Assembly: GCF_030144855.1 (NCBI RefSeq)
Contig: NC_082716.1
Span: 43,834,001 to 43,898,000, forward strand
Direction: 5' to 3'
Source of the DNA: Hypanus sabinus
Taxonomy: Eukaryota
DNA length: 64,000 nt
In this document: one piece after another, positions 1 through 11,307 of the stretch
Layout: the number at the start of each line of letters is the position of its first letter
Position numbering within the stretch: position 1 is the stretch's first letter
Translations under genes and position numbers: made by a program
The notes under the pieces: model-generated
Seen by the model: only the letters and a program-made list of their open reading frames with translations
What the model was told of the DNA's origin: nothing
Database searches by the model: none

Positions 1-2810
1 CCTGGGTGCAGCCCAGTTGCCAGCCCCTCACCTCGACGCCATCACGCTGTCCGACAACGACTTCACCAGGGTCCTGGCGGATTTCCCATCAATTCTGGCA
101 CCGCAGTTCACGGCAGCCATGCTCTGACACAGCATACAGCACCACATCCCGACCCAGGGACCACCCCTCCACGCCCGTGAACGAGGCTACAACACCGGAC
201 CACTACCCTATGCCGCACATTCAGGATTTTGCAGCAAACCTGCACGGCACACGGATCTTCTCCAAGGTGGACCTCGTCCGGGGATACCATCAAATCCAGA
301 TGCATCCGGACGTCCCCAAAACGGCACTCATCACCCCGTTCTGCCTTTTCGAATTCCTCCGCATGCCGTTCAGCCTGAAGAATGCCGCACAGACGTTCCA
401 GCGGTTGATGGACGTGGTAGGACGCGACCTGGACTTCGCTTTCATCCATTTGAACGACATGTCCATAGCCAGCAGCAGTCGTCAGGAACATCTGTCCCAC
501 CTCCGTCAACTCTACGCCCGATTGAGTGAATACGGTCTAACAATCAACCTGGCCAAATGGCAGTTCGGGCTCGACACCATCGACTTCCTGGGCCACAGGA
601 TTACTAAAGACGGGGCAACCCCTCTGCCCGCTAAGGTAGACACAGTCCGCCATTTCCCCCGACCCACCACAATCACAGGCCTTCAGGAATTCGTGGGTTT
701 GGTAAATTTCTACCACCGCTTCCTCCCTTCAGCTGCCCAAACCATGCCATGCCCATGCCCTGTTTGCCCTGATATCAGGTCCGGGCAAGGACGTTACCTG
801 GGATGAGGAGTCCGCCGCCGCTTTCATTAAAACGAAAGAAGCCTTGGCAAATGCTGCAATGCTAGTGCACCCCAGAATGGACGTCCCTACCGCCCTCACA
901 GTGGACGCATCTAACACGGCAGTTGGTGGGGTACTGGAGCAACTCATCGCGGGTCGCTGGCAACCCCTGGCATTTTTCAGCAAACACCTGCGACCGCCCG
1001 AGCTCAAATTCAGTGCTTTCGACCGGGAACTGTTAGCGCTATACCTGGCAATCCGGCATTTCAGGTACTTCTTAGAAGGTAGGCCCTTCACCGCGTTCAC
1101 GGACCTCAAGCCGCTTACCTTTACGTTCACGAAGGTATCTGACCCCTGGTCGTCCCGCCAGCAGCGCCATCTGTCCTACATCTCTGAATAAACAACGGAT
1201 GTCCAGCACGTCTCGGGTGAGGACAATGTCGTGGCGGATGCGCTCTCTCGCCCTAACATTCATGCCCTTTCCCAAGGGGTAAACTTTGAAGCGCTGGCAG
1301 AGGCACAGCAGGCAAACGAGGAGATCCCTAGTTACAGAACCACAGTCTCTGGTTTGCAGCTCCAGAACCTCCCCGTTGGCCCAGGTGAGAGGACCCTACT
1401 CTGTGACATCACCACCGGCCAACCCCGTCCCGTTGTCCCAGCAAACTGGTGGCGCTGTGTTTTCGATTCCATTCATAACTTAGCGCACCCCTCCATCAGG
1501 ACAACCATCCGGATGGTCTCCAGCAGGCTCGCTTGGCATGGTCTCCACAAGCAGGTCAGTGAATGGGCCAAAACGTGCATGCACTGCCAGATGGCTAAGG
1601 TGCAGCGGCACACCAAAGCTCTGCCACAGCAGTTCCACCCCACCCACCGGCGTTTCGACCACATTCATGTGGATATTGTGGGCCCCCTGCCAGTGTCACA
1701 CAGAGCACGGCACCTCCTCACTATTGTGGACCGGTTCATCAGATGGCCAGAGGCGATCCCACTCACCAACACCACCTCCGAATCTTGCGCCCGGGCACTG
1801 ATCGCCACCTGGGTGTCCCGCTTTGGTGTACCGGCCCACATTACCTCCGACAGAGGCTCCCAGATCACCTCCAGTCTGTGGTCAGCTATGGCCAGCCTTT
1901 TGGGGACACAGCTGCACCACACAACTGCCTACCACCCACAATCGAACGGGCTGTTGGAGCATTTCCTCCATCACCTGAAGTCAGCTCTCATGGCCCGCCT
2001 GAGAGGAACTAACTGGGTGGATGAGCTTCCCTGGGTCCTATTCAGCATCCACACGGCACCCAAAGACGACCTGCACACCTTGTCGGCGGAGTTGGTGTAC
2101 AGCGCACCCCTGGTCATCCCCGGGGAATTCATACCAGCCCAAGGGGGCACGACAAAGAACCCGCAGCAGTCCTGGGCAGACTACACAAGAGGCTCGACAA
2201 GCTGGCCCCCATACCCACTTTGCAGCGTGGGCAGAACCTGACCTGCGTACCCAAAGACCTGCAGAAATGTAAGTTTGTGTTTGTACGAAGGGGCGGGCAT
2301 CGGCCACCGCTGCAACGGCCCTACGAGGGGCCGTTTACAGTGCTCAGAAACAATGGGTCCATGATAGTGCTGGACGTTGGGGGGAGAGGGGAGGTTTTCA
2401 CGGTGGACCGACTCAAACCAGCCCATGTGGACATGGCACAACCGGTCGCGTTTCCGGCACCGCGGCTCAGGGGCTGACCTCCCAAACAGGGTCCAGCCCA
2501 GACTGTGGACATTGGGGGGGTGTATCGCCGGTTCTGGGGGGGGGGGGGGTTATTGGCGACCCACTTCCTAGCGCACTCGAACCGGCTCACAAATAGCCAG
2601 CATGCCGGCATAAAAGCCAGTCCCAAAAGGGCACCAGGTCCACTTCACTAACAAAGGGAAAAGCTCGCATGGGACTGTGAGTACGTGCCTCCTACAGCAT
2701 CCGTGCCCGGGGAGGGCGGGATCAGGGAGGCTTTAAAGCAAAGCTGCGAAGTTTGAATAAAATCTTCTTTAATTGCAGTTTACCAACTCCATGTCATTAT
2801 TTCAGCTACA
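1..2810 (+). mobile_element. Ty3/Gypsy (CsRn1-like) LTR retrotransposon, copy 1; runs off the left edge of the window; degenerate RT-RNaseH-integrase plus 3' LTR
   Basis: ORF fragments show RT (FSKVDLVRGYHQI, MPFSLKNAAQTFQR), RNase H (VDASNTAVGGVLEQ) and integrase (HHCC zinc finger, HIHVDIVGP, SDRG, YHPQSNG). A G-run PPT at about 2536-2549 precedes an LTR at about 2553-2810 ending GCTACA. Closely similar to copy 2 but with stops, frameshifts and deletions. Confidence 0.95.
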
Positions 2811-2899
2811 TTCCTTCAAATGACCCACATTCACTGCACATTTGTGTCTTGATCTAAAATATGTCTTCTTTAATGTCTCTAATAGTAACCACTTCACTA

Positions 2900-3310
2900 C
2901 TCTGACAGCCTATTGTAGGCACCTTATTTGCTCGGTGAAAAAAAATTGCCCAGCACCTCTCACATCTTTAAGTGCATGTCCTCTAGTAATTGATATTTCT
3001 ACCCCTCACATAATTTTATAAACTTGTCAGATCCCCTCTCAGCTTTGAATGCTCCAGTGAAAACATCCCAAGCTCTCCAACCTCTCTTTATAGCTCATTC
3101 CCTTTCATTGAAGCAGCAGACTAGTAAATCTCTTCAGTACCCTTCCCAAATCTTCACATCCTGGGACAGGCAGAATGCTTACAATACTTCAAAGGTAGCT
3201 TAACCAAAGCTATATAAAGTAGCAATATTACTTCATTGGTTGGCACATAAAGAAAGGAATGCTATCATTCTTTACGTCTTCTTAACAGCTTTATCTACTG
3301 TGTTCCCATA
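2900..3310 (-). mobile_element. Old CR1-type LINE 3' fragment
   Basis: Degenerate reverse-complement CR1 3' motifs (ataattttataaac..tcagatcccctctcagc); boundaries approximate. Confidence 0.55.
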
Positions 3311-3399
3311 CTTTAGCTCATTCACCAGAACAAATTTTGTATTCATGTTGTACAGCTTGGACTTTATTGAACAACAATATTGCACATCAAAGAAGTAAT

Positions 3400-4637
3400 T
3401 CATTGCCTTCATCAATGGTGGGGTTGAGCTTAGGAACCAAGAGGTAATGTTGCAGCTATATAGGACCCTGGTCAGACCCCACTTGGAGTACTGTGCTCAT
3501 TTCTGGTCACCTCACTACAGGAAGGATGTGGAAACCATAGAAAGGGTGCAGAGGAGATTTACAAGGATGTTGCCTGGATTGCGGAACATGCCTTATGAGA
3601 ATAGGTTGAGCGAACTCGGCCTTTTTTTCTTGGAGTGACAGAGGATGAGAGGTGACCTGACAGAGGTGTTCAAGATGATTGTGTGGGATAGCTGGAGGTT
3701 TTTTCCCAGTGTTGAAATGGCTAGCACAAGAGGGCACAGCTTTAAGGTGCATGGAAGTAGTGCAATATTAAGAAGCTGGCATCCCGTAGGCCACTTGTGA
3801 CCCTGGCTATTTTTTGTAAGGGTCATAGAAGCTGAGTTTGAGAAAAGGGAGTATAAACGCACAAATGCTTTCTCATAAGATAAGCTGAGCGGGTAACATC
3901 ATCCTTGGGGTGCAATCTGCGCTTAACTTCAGTTTTGCTTAGAGTAACTTGTATCATTACTTGATTAATTGCTGTGAAAAACCTATTTTGCCTTGTATTC
4001 CTTATGGCACCTGTAAGGTAAGCATTAAAAAGAGTAGCTATTTTCAAGGGCAGGAGACTTTGGATGTGCTTGCCTGTGCTTGTCTGTATCCAGACATAGT
4101 AGCAATTAAAACTGTTATATGAACAATTTATGACTGATAAAGTTAACAATACTCGTCTGTACAGAAACTAAGGGGGTGAACCCACATGCATCTGTGTACG
4201 TGACTGCATTATATAAAAAGAACTGTATTTGCTTCAGGAGGCAGAGACCCTTGAAGCAGCTTCCGTGAGAGAGTGCTTAAGGAGGGTTCTCTCGAGTAAC
4301 TTGCTAATAAAAAGTTAGAAGTTACTTTCACTGTAGTACTTGGTGTCTTTGCATCGGGTAGATCGAAAGTTTACAACAGTAGGAAAAGAGGAGATGTCAG
4401 GAGCAAGTTGTTTTTTTTAATGCAGAGAGCGGTGAGTGCGTGGAATGGGCTGCTGGCAACAGTGGTGGAAGCGGATACGACTGAGTCTTTTAAGGGACTC
4501 CTGGATAGGTATATGGAGCTCAGAAAAATAGAGGGTTCTGGGTAACCCTAGGTAATTTCTCAGGTAAGGACATGTTCAGCACAGCTTTGTGGGCTGAAGG
4601 GCCTGTATTGTGCTGTAGGTTCTCTATGTTTCTATGA
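3400..4637 (+). mobile_element. CR1 LINE 3' end, interrupted by a solo LTR at 3761-4378
   Basis: ORF 3447-3638 [24 protein letters not shown] is the CR1 ORF2 C-terminus. The sequence resumes at 4379 and ends in a (ttctatg)n tail. Confidence 0.9.
3761..4378 (+). mobile_element. Solo LTR (618 bp), ERV or Gypsy type, family unassigned
   Basis: TG...CA termini, 4-bp TSD GTAG (3757-3760 / 4379-4382), TATATAAAA at about 4210, AATAAA at 4306; cleanly splits a CR1. Confidence 0.8.
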
Positions 4638-5081
4638 TTAAGGAAAATAGATTTCAAAAGAGATCATAATGGCATCATAGAACATTTCTACCAGAGGGTG
4701 TCTTGAAAAACTCCAGAAAAAGTCAAAGGAAGAAATTGGATAAACCTTTATCACAAGTGAAGTTCCAAGGAGACCACCGGACATACATGAGGAAACTTTT
4801 AGCACATGACTGGACTCCCCAGTAACCTGTTTATTTTTGATCACCATTTATCACTATTCCTAAAATGTTTTTCACTCTCTTGGACCAGATCAACTTCAAA
4901 CCTTGCTGCTGTAGACATCCCACAAAGTGGTCCTTGACCATGTTTCATTGCCCAGATTTCTTGGATATTTTTCTAAAAAGCCTGTTCAGTTACTTATAGA
5001 TGTCTCTGATAAGCAGATATTAAAAAAAACATTAAACAGATTAATTAAAACAAAAAAATGACAACCGATATAAAATTATAC

Positions 5082-5294
5082 TGTGGCGACCCATTTCCTG
5101 GCACATCCGAACCGGCTCACAATTAGATAGCCTACGGGGGTTTGCGAGCAGAGTTTTGGAGCCTCTGCGCCACGGGGGGCAGGTTGAGGGAGGCTTAAAA
5201 GTGAGGCTGAGGATTTCGAATAAAGTTTTTTCCTTCGACTGCAGTTACCGACTCCGTGTCATATTTTTAGCGCTGCGCATAGCATACCGCTACA
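5082..5294 (+). repeat. 5' LTR of Gypsy copy 2
   Basis: Direct repeat of 9062-9277 with roughly a dozen substitutions and two small indels; contains AATAAA. Confidence 0.97.
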
Positions 5295-5296
5295 AT

Positions 5297-5309
5297 TGGT
5301 GACCCCGAC
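5297..5309 (+). promoter_or_regulatory. Primer-binding site complementary to the tRNA-Trp 3' end
   Basis: TGGTGACCCCGAC lies 2 nt after the LTR and matches the first 13 nt of the known Trp PBS TGGTGACCCCGACGTGAT. Confidence 0.9.
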
Positions 5310-5334
5310 AGTCCAAACGATTTTTGGACCAGAA

Positions 5335-6016
5335 ATGACCGACGCTGCCTCTGTTCATGCGGTTTCGTTGAAACTGCCGGGTTTCTGGACACAGCGACCG
5401 AACCTATGGTTCCAGCAAGCTGAAGCCCAATTCCACGTTCGCCAGATCACCTCAGAAGACACCCGCTACTACTACGTGGTGAGCTCCCTCGACCAGGACA
5501 CAGCGGCCCAGGTCGCGGAGTTCGTATAGTTGCCCCCGGCAGACGGCAAGTACACGGAATTCAAAGCCCTGCTCCTCAGGACTTTCGGACTCTCGCGGCA
5601 CGAGCGGGCTGCCCATTTACTGCACCTGGATGGCTTGGGCAACAGACCTCCATCGGCTTTAATGAATGAGATGTTGTCTCTAGCTGACGGACACACACCC
5701 TGCCTCATGTTTGAGCAGGCATTCCTGGAGCAGCTGCCCGAGGACATACGCCTGCTGCTGTCCGACGCGGATTTCAGTGACGCCCGGAAGGTAGCAGCCC
5801 GGGCGGACTTGCTGTGGAACGCCAAAAAGGTGAGCGGGGCGTCCATCGCACAGATCTCCCAGCCACCAGCAAACCAGTCCAGGCCCGGCCGCAGAGCCCG
5901 CCAACCCCCGGCCCAAGGAACACTGGTGCTTCTACCACCAGCGGTGGGGCGCAGAAGCCCGCCGTTGTCACCCCCCCTGCAAGTTCCCGGGAAACGCCAG
6001 GGCCAGCCGCCGCTGA
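5335..6016 (+). pseudogene. gag: Gypsy gag (disrupted) with CHCC nucleocapsid motif
   Basis: MTDAASVHAVSLKLPGFW...WFQQAEAQF N-terminus; premature TAG at 5527; frameshift before CFYHQRWGAEARRCHPPC (5927-5980); natural stop TGA at 6014-6016. Confidence 0.88.
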
Positions 6017-6046
6017 TGGCTACGGCGGCTGGCCATTGGGATAGCC
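5989..6046 (+). promoter_or_regulatory. -1 programmed ribosomal frameshift signal (G GGA AAC slippery site plus stem-loop/pseudoknot)
   Basis: Heptamer 5989-5995 in the gag frame, 5-nt spacer, perfect 12-bp stem 6001-6012/6023-6034; the -1 frame reads directly into the protease (FLVDTGAEISV). Confidence 0.85.
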
Positions 6047-9030
6047 TCCTGTATGTGTGGGATAGAAGGTTGGGACGCCGGTTTTTGGTTGATACTGGTG
6101 CCGAAATCAGCGTTTGACCTCCGACGAGTTACGACACCCGCAGCAGGGCACCGGGTCCCCCCGAGGGCCGTGAACGGCAGCACAGTAAGGACCTATGGCA
6201 CCCGTCAGGTGCAGCTACAGTTCGGCTCCAGCCAGTTCACGTGGGACTTTACACTGGCCGCCGTAGCCCAACCGCTTCTGGGTGCGGATTTTTTGCGGGC
6301 TCACAGCCTACTGGTCGACCTGCCCAGGAAGAGACTGGTACACGCCGAGACCTTTCAGACGTTCTCCCTGGGTGCAGCCCAGTTGCCAGCCCCTCATCTC
6401 GGCTCCATCACGCTGTCCGACGACGACTTCACCAGGGTCCTGGCGGATTTCCCATCGGTTCTGGCACCGCAGTTCACAGTGGCCATGCCCCGACACGGCG
6501 TACAGCACCACATCCCGACCCAGGGACCACTCCTCCACGCCCGCGCTCAGCGGCTTCCCCCGGACAAGCTCCGACTGGCGAAGGAGGAGTTCCAGAGGAT
6601 GGAGGAGTTGGGGATCATCCGACAGCCAATGGGCCTCCCCCCTGCACATGGTGCCCAAAGCGACGGGAGGCTGGAGACTGTGCGGCGACTACCGCAGGCT
6701 GAACGAGGCTACCACACCGGACCGCTACCCTGTGCCGCACATTCAGGACTTTGCAGCAAACCTGCACGGTGCATGGATCTTCTCCAAGGTAGACCTCGTC
6801 CGAGGGTACCATCAGATCCTGATGCATCCTGACGACGTCCCCAAAACGGCTCTCATCACACCGTTTGGACTTTTCGAGTTCCTCCGCATGCCGTTCAGCC
6901 TGAAGAATGCCGCACAGACGTTCCAGCGGTTAATGGACGCGGTGGGACGGGTCCTGGACTTCGCGTTCATCTATTTGGACGACATCCTCATAGCCAGCAG
7001 CAGTCGTCAGGAGCATCTGTCCCACCTCCGTCAACTCTGCGCCCGACTGAGTGAGTACGGTCTTACAATCAACCCCGCCAAATGCCAGTTCGGACTCGAT
7101 ACCATTGACTTCCTGGGCCACAGGATTACTAAAGACGTGGCAACCCCTCTGCCCGCTAAGGTAGATGCGGTCCGCCACTTCCCCCGACCCACCACGATCA
7201 AAGGCCTTCAGGAATTCGTAGGTATGGTCAATTTCTACCACCGCTTCCTCCCTTCAGCTGCCCGGATCATGCGCCCCTGTTCGCCCTGATGTCGGGTCCG
7301 AGCAAGGACATTAACTGGGACGAGGAGTCCGCCGCCGCTTTCGTTCAAACGAAGGAAGCTTTGGCGAACGCCGCAATGCTAGTACATCCCAGAATGGACG
7401 CCCCTACCGCCCTCACAGTGGACGCATCTAACACGGCAGTCGGTGGGGTGCTGGAGCAACTCATCGCAGGTCGCTGGCAACCCCTGGCATTTTTCAGCAA
7501 ACACCTGCAGCCACCCGAGCTCAAGTACAGTGCTTTCGACTGGGAACTGTTGACGCTCTACCTGGCAATCCGGCATTTCAGGTACTTCCTAGAAGGTCGG
7601 TCCTTCACTGTGTTCACGGACCACAAACCGCTTACCTTTGCGTTTATGAAAGCGTCCGACCCCTGGTCGTCCCGCCAGCAACGCCACCTCCCGCCAGCAA
7701 CGCCACCTGTCCTACATCTCTGAATACACGACGGATGTCCGGCACGTCTCGTGTAAGGACAATGTCGTGGCGGATGCGCTCTCTCGCCCTACCGTTCATG
7801 CCCTTTCCCAAGGGGTAGACTTTGAGGCACTGGCAGAGGCGCAGCAGGCGAATGAGGAGATTCCGAGTTACAGAACCGCAGTCTCCGGTTTGCAGCTCCA
7901 GGACCTCCCCGTAGGCCCGGGTGAGAGGACCCTACTCTGTGACGTCGCCACTGGCCAGCCCCGTCCCGTCGTCCCGACAGCCTGGCGGCGCCGTGTTTTC
8001 CACTCCATTCATAACTTGGCGCATCCCTCCATCCGGATAACTGTCCGGATGGTTTCCAGCAGGTTCGTTTGGCACGGACTCCGCAAACAGGTCAGTGAAT
8101 GGGCCAAAACGTGCATGCACTGCCAGATGGCCAAGGTGCAGTGGCACACCAAAGCCCCACTGCAGCAGTTCCATCCCGCCCACCAGCGTTTCGACCACAT
8201 TCATGTGGATATCGTGGGTGCGCGGCACCTCCTGACTATCGTGGACCGGTTCACAAGATGGTCAGAGGCGGTCCCGCTCACCGACACCACCTCCGAATCT
8301 TGCGCCTGAGCCCTGATCACCACCTGGATATCTCGCTTTGGTGTACCGGCCCACATTACCTCCGACAGAGGCGCCCAGTTCACCTCCAGCCTGTGGTCAG
8401 CTATGGCCAGCCTTTTGGGGACTCAGCTGCACCACACAACTGCCTACCACCCACAGTCGAACGGGCTAGTGGAGCGTTTCCACCGTCACCTGAAGTCGGC
8501 CCTCATGGCCCGCCTGCGAGGAGCCAACTGGGCGGACGAGCTTCCCTGGGTCCTACTCGGCATCCGCACAGCACCCAAGGACGACCTGCACGCCTCGTCG
8601 GCCGAGTTGGTATACGGCACGCCCCTGGTCGTCCCTGGGGAGTTCCTACCAACCCCACGGGGGCAAGACGAAGATCCCGCAGCAGTCCTGGGCAGACTAC
8701 GCGAGAAGCTCGGTAACCTGGCCCCCATACCCACTTCACAGCATGGGCAGAACCCGACCTGCGTACCCAAAGACCTGCAGAACTGTAAGTTTGTGTTTGT
8801 ACGAAGGGGCGGGCATCGGCCACCGCTGCAGCGGCCATACGAGGGGCCGTTTATGGTGCTCTGGAACAACGGGTCCACGTTCGTGCTGGCGTTGGGGGGA
8901 AAGAGGAGGTTTTCACGGTGGACCGCCTCAAACCGGCCCATGTGGACCTGGCACAACCGGCCGAGTTTCCGGCACCTCGGCGCAGAGGCCGACCTCCCAA
9001 GCAGGTTCTGGCCCAGACTGTGGACATTGG
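5989..9030 (+). pseudogene. pol: Gypsy pol (PR-RT-RNaseH-IN), disrupted
   Basis: DTGA protease; WRLCGDYRRLN and YLDDILIAS in RT; VDAS RNase H; HHCC and DDE-type integrase motifs; GPF motif. Broken by frameshifts including a 19-bp tandem duplication at about 7670-7708. Confidence 0.93.
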
Positions 9031-9061
9031 GGGGTGTATCGCCGGTTCTGGGGGGGGGTTA

Positions 9062-9277
9062 TGTGGCGACCCATTGTCTGGCGCATCCGAACCGGCTCAC
9101 AATTAGATAGCCTACGGGGGTTTGCGAGCACAGAGCTTTGGAGCCTCTGCGCCATGAGGGGGCAGGTTGAGGGAGGCTTAAAAGTGAGGCTGAGGATTTC
9201 GAATAAAGTTTTTTCCTTCAAATGCAGTTACCAACTCCGTGTCGTAATTTTAGCGCTGCGTGTAGCACACCGCTACA
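9062..9277 (+). repeat. 3' LTR of Gypsy copy 2
   Basis: Follows the PPT; ends CCGCTACA followed by TSD ATAC. Confidence 0.97.
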
Positions 9278-11307
9278 ATACTATGAAATAAAACAAACAT
9301 TTTCCATCCAGGTTGTTAACCCTATTTGTTTGAAAGCACATTAAGCTAAGGGGTCAGCAATGAAATCTGTCTGTCCTGTAACTTCACTATGACTAAGAAA
9401 TCAATACAATACACAGATAGTGAAGTCAAGAAAGCATTGACCCATAATGAAAACGTTGTTTGGTGGTTTTCTTCTGAGCCATCAGTAAAAAACAACTCCA
9501 TTTCAGCCCATGAGGATTGAGTTAACAATTGAGATGAACTGGAATGCTTAAATTTATCTCCGTTGTTAAAACTTTCTCAGCAATGTGCTTCTCCAACTAC
9601 AATACTTTTGCTAACTTATCCCAACCCTTGAATCAAATCTAGCTTACTTTATCAACACTAATGATTTTTTTTGCATATCAAATATTGGAAAGTCTTATAC
9701 ATTATGCCTATGGTCTGCCATGAGACAAATATATCTTAGTAAACCCAATTTTCTATTCTTTTAATACAGAAATAGAGACTAGCTCCAATTATTTCTTTGT
9801 AATTTACAACTGCACAATATTTGTATTCTTTAATTATTTCATTCTTTAAACCAGTTACTCACATTGTCTGCATTTGTCATTATGTAAGCTTGTTACATTT
9901 TGAATTTTCAAAGGCATACCAACTTAAAAAATTACAACAGCTCACCAAGGAATGATGAGTGAACATCAGTATCTACAATTCAGAGGAGCACTTAAATTCA
10001 GAACAGGGTGACAATAAGCAGTTAAGAAATAAGTTTGCATTAAATTAAAAAAATTAACTACTGAATATACAGTACCGTGCAAAAGTCTTGGCACATAAAA
10101 AAAAATTCTGTAAAGCAAAGATGGTTTCAAAAATAAAAAGAAAAATTTCTAAGTATCAAAAAAAACTGAAAAGAGCTGTAAAACAAAAACACTAAACCAA
10201 ATCAAAATCTAATGTGACTAAAACTGCATCAATTCTCTTAAAGATGCTGTCATACAGTTTTGTAAGAAAATTGGCTGGTAGGTTTAGACTTCTGCTAGCT
10301 TGCTTGCTTCTGTCTCTCCAGGTAGACCCAGACAGCTCTGATTATGTTGGTATCAGGGCTCTGTTGAGGCTATACCATCTGTTGCAGAACTCCTTGTTCT
10401 TCTTTCCCCTGAACATAGTGCTTTAAGACCTTGGCCATATGTTTGGGGTCATTGTCCTGCTACAGAATGAAGTTGGGAACACCTCCCTAATGATGGATGA
10501 TGGATGAAAATCTGTTTGTACCACTCAGCATTGAGAATTCCATTAATTCTGACCAGATTACCAACTCCATTTGCAGAAATACAGTTCCAAATCTGCAGGG
10601 AACCTCCATCTCGCTTCACCATTGGCTACAGACTCTCATTTATACCAGTCCTCTCCAGCTCTTCTGCGAACAAACTGCCTCCTTGTTTGAGCCACATATT
10701 TCAAATTTTAACTTGTCAGTCCAGAGTACTTGCTGCCATCGTTCAACACCCCAATCCTTGTGATTTGTGTGTAGGTGACTCTCTTGACTTTGTTTCCACT
10801 TCAGAGGACTTGTTTTTTGCTAACAACTCTTCCAAGAAGACCACTTCAGACAAGACCTTGCCATACTGCAGACGGGTTTACTTGGGTTCCAGTGGTTTTT
10901 GTGATAGCAGTGCTGTACTTCTTACGAATTAGAAGGGATATCAGTTTGATGTAACTCGTCTGCTGCACTCAGTTTCCATGGCCCACCAATGCATTTCTGA
11001 TCCTCGACCTTCTCAAGTTTCTTTGTGCTTTGTCAGAAGAGCTTGGATAACACAACTTGAAACTCCTGCTTTTTGTAAAGTTTCTGCTCAAGAAAGACCA
11101 TGCTGATGCAGGATGATCAGTATAAGAATCGATGACTTGAAGGTTGAACTAGCACATCTGCCACACCCTCGCCTTTTAGTTTGGTTGTCCCTTACCCAGA
11201 CTGATTCCTTCGGTTTCAGTTAATAAGTTTAGTTCATTCAACTCATTATGTCATTGATCATTAGCACCTGTTTGTTATCTTTATTAAACCTTGCTCAGGG
11301 CTATATA

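Larger units (their letters stand above)
5082..9277 (+). mobile_element. Full-length Ty3/Gypsy LTR retrotransposon (CsRn1/Kabuki/Boudicca-like clade), copy 2, inactivated
   Basis: LTRs 5082-5294 and 9062-9277 (TGT...ACA); TSD ATAC on both sides; PBS TGGTGACCCCGAC; PPT G-run before 9062; gag, protease DTGA, RT YLDD, RNase H and integrase in Gypsy order; several stops and frameshifts. Confidence 0.97.

Noticed and set aside
5530-6117. Apparent in-frame gag-protease fusion ORF
   Set aside because: Artefact of a frameshifting mutation upstream of the CHCC motif; the CHCC is in a different frame, so the native junction is the -1 frameshift
6282-9110. Gypsy pol as an active or domesticated gene
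   Set aside because: Multiple stops, frameshifts, deletions and a 19-bp duplication
1-9277. GC-rich block as bacterial or parasite contamination
   Set aside because: Bounded by LTRs and a TSD, and interleaved with vertebrate CR1 and intronic sequence
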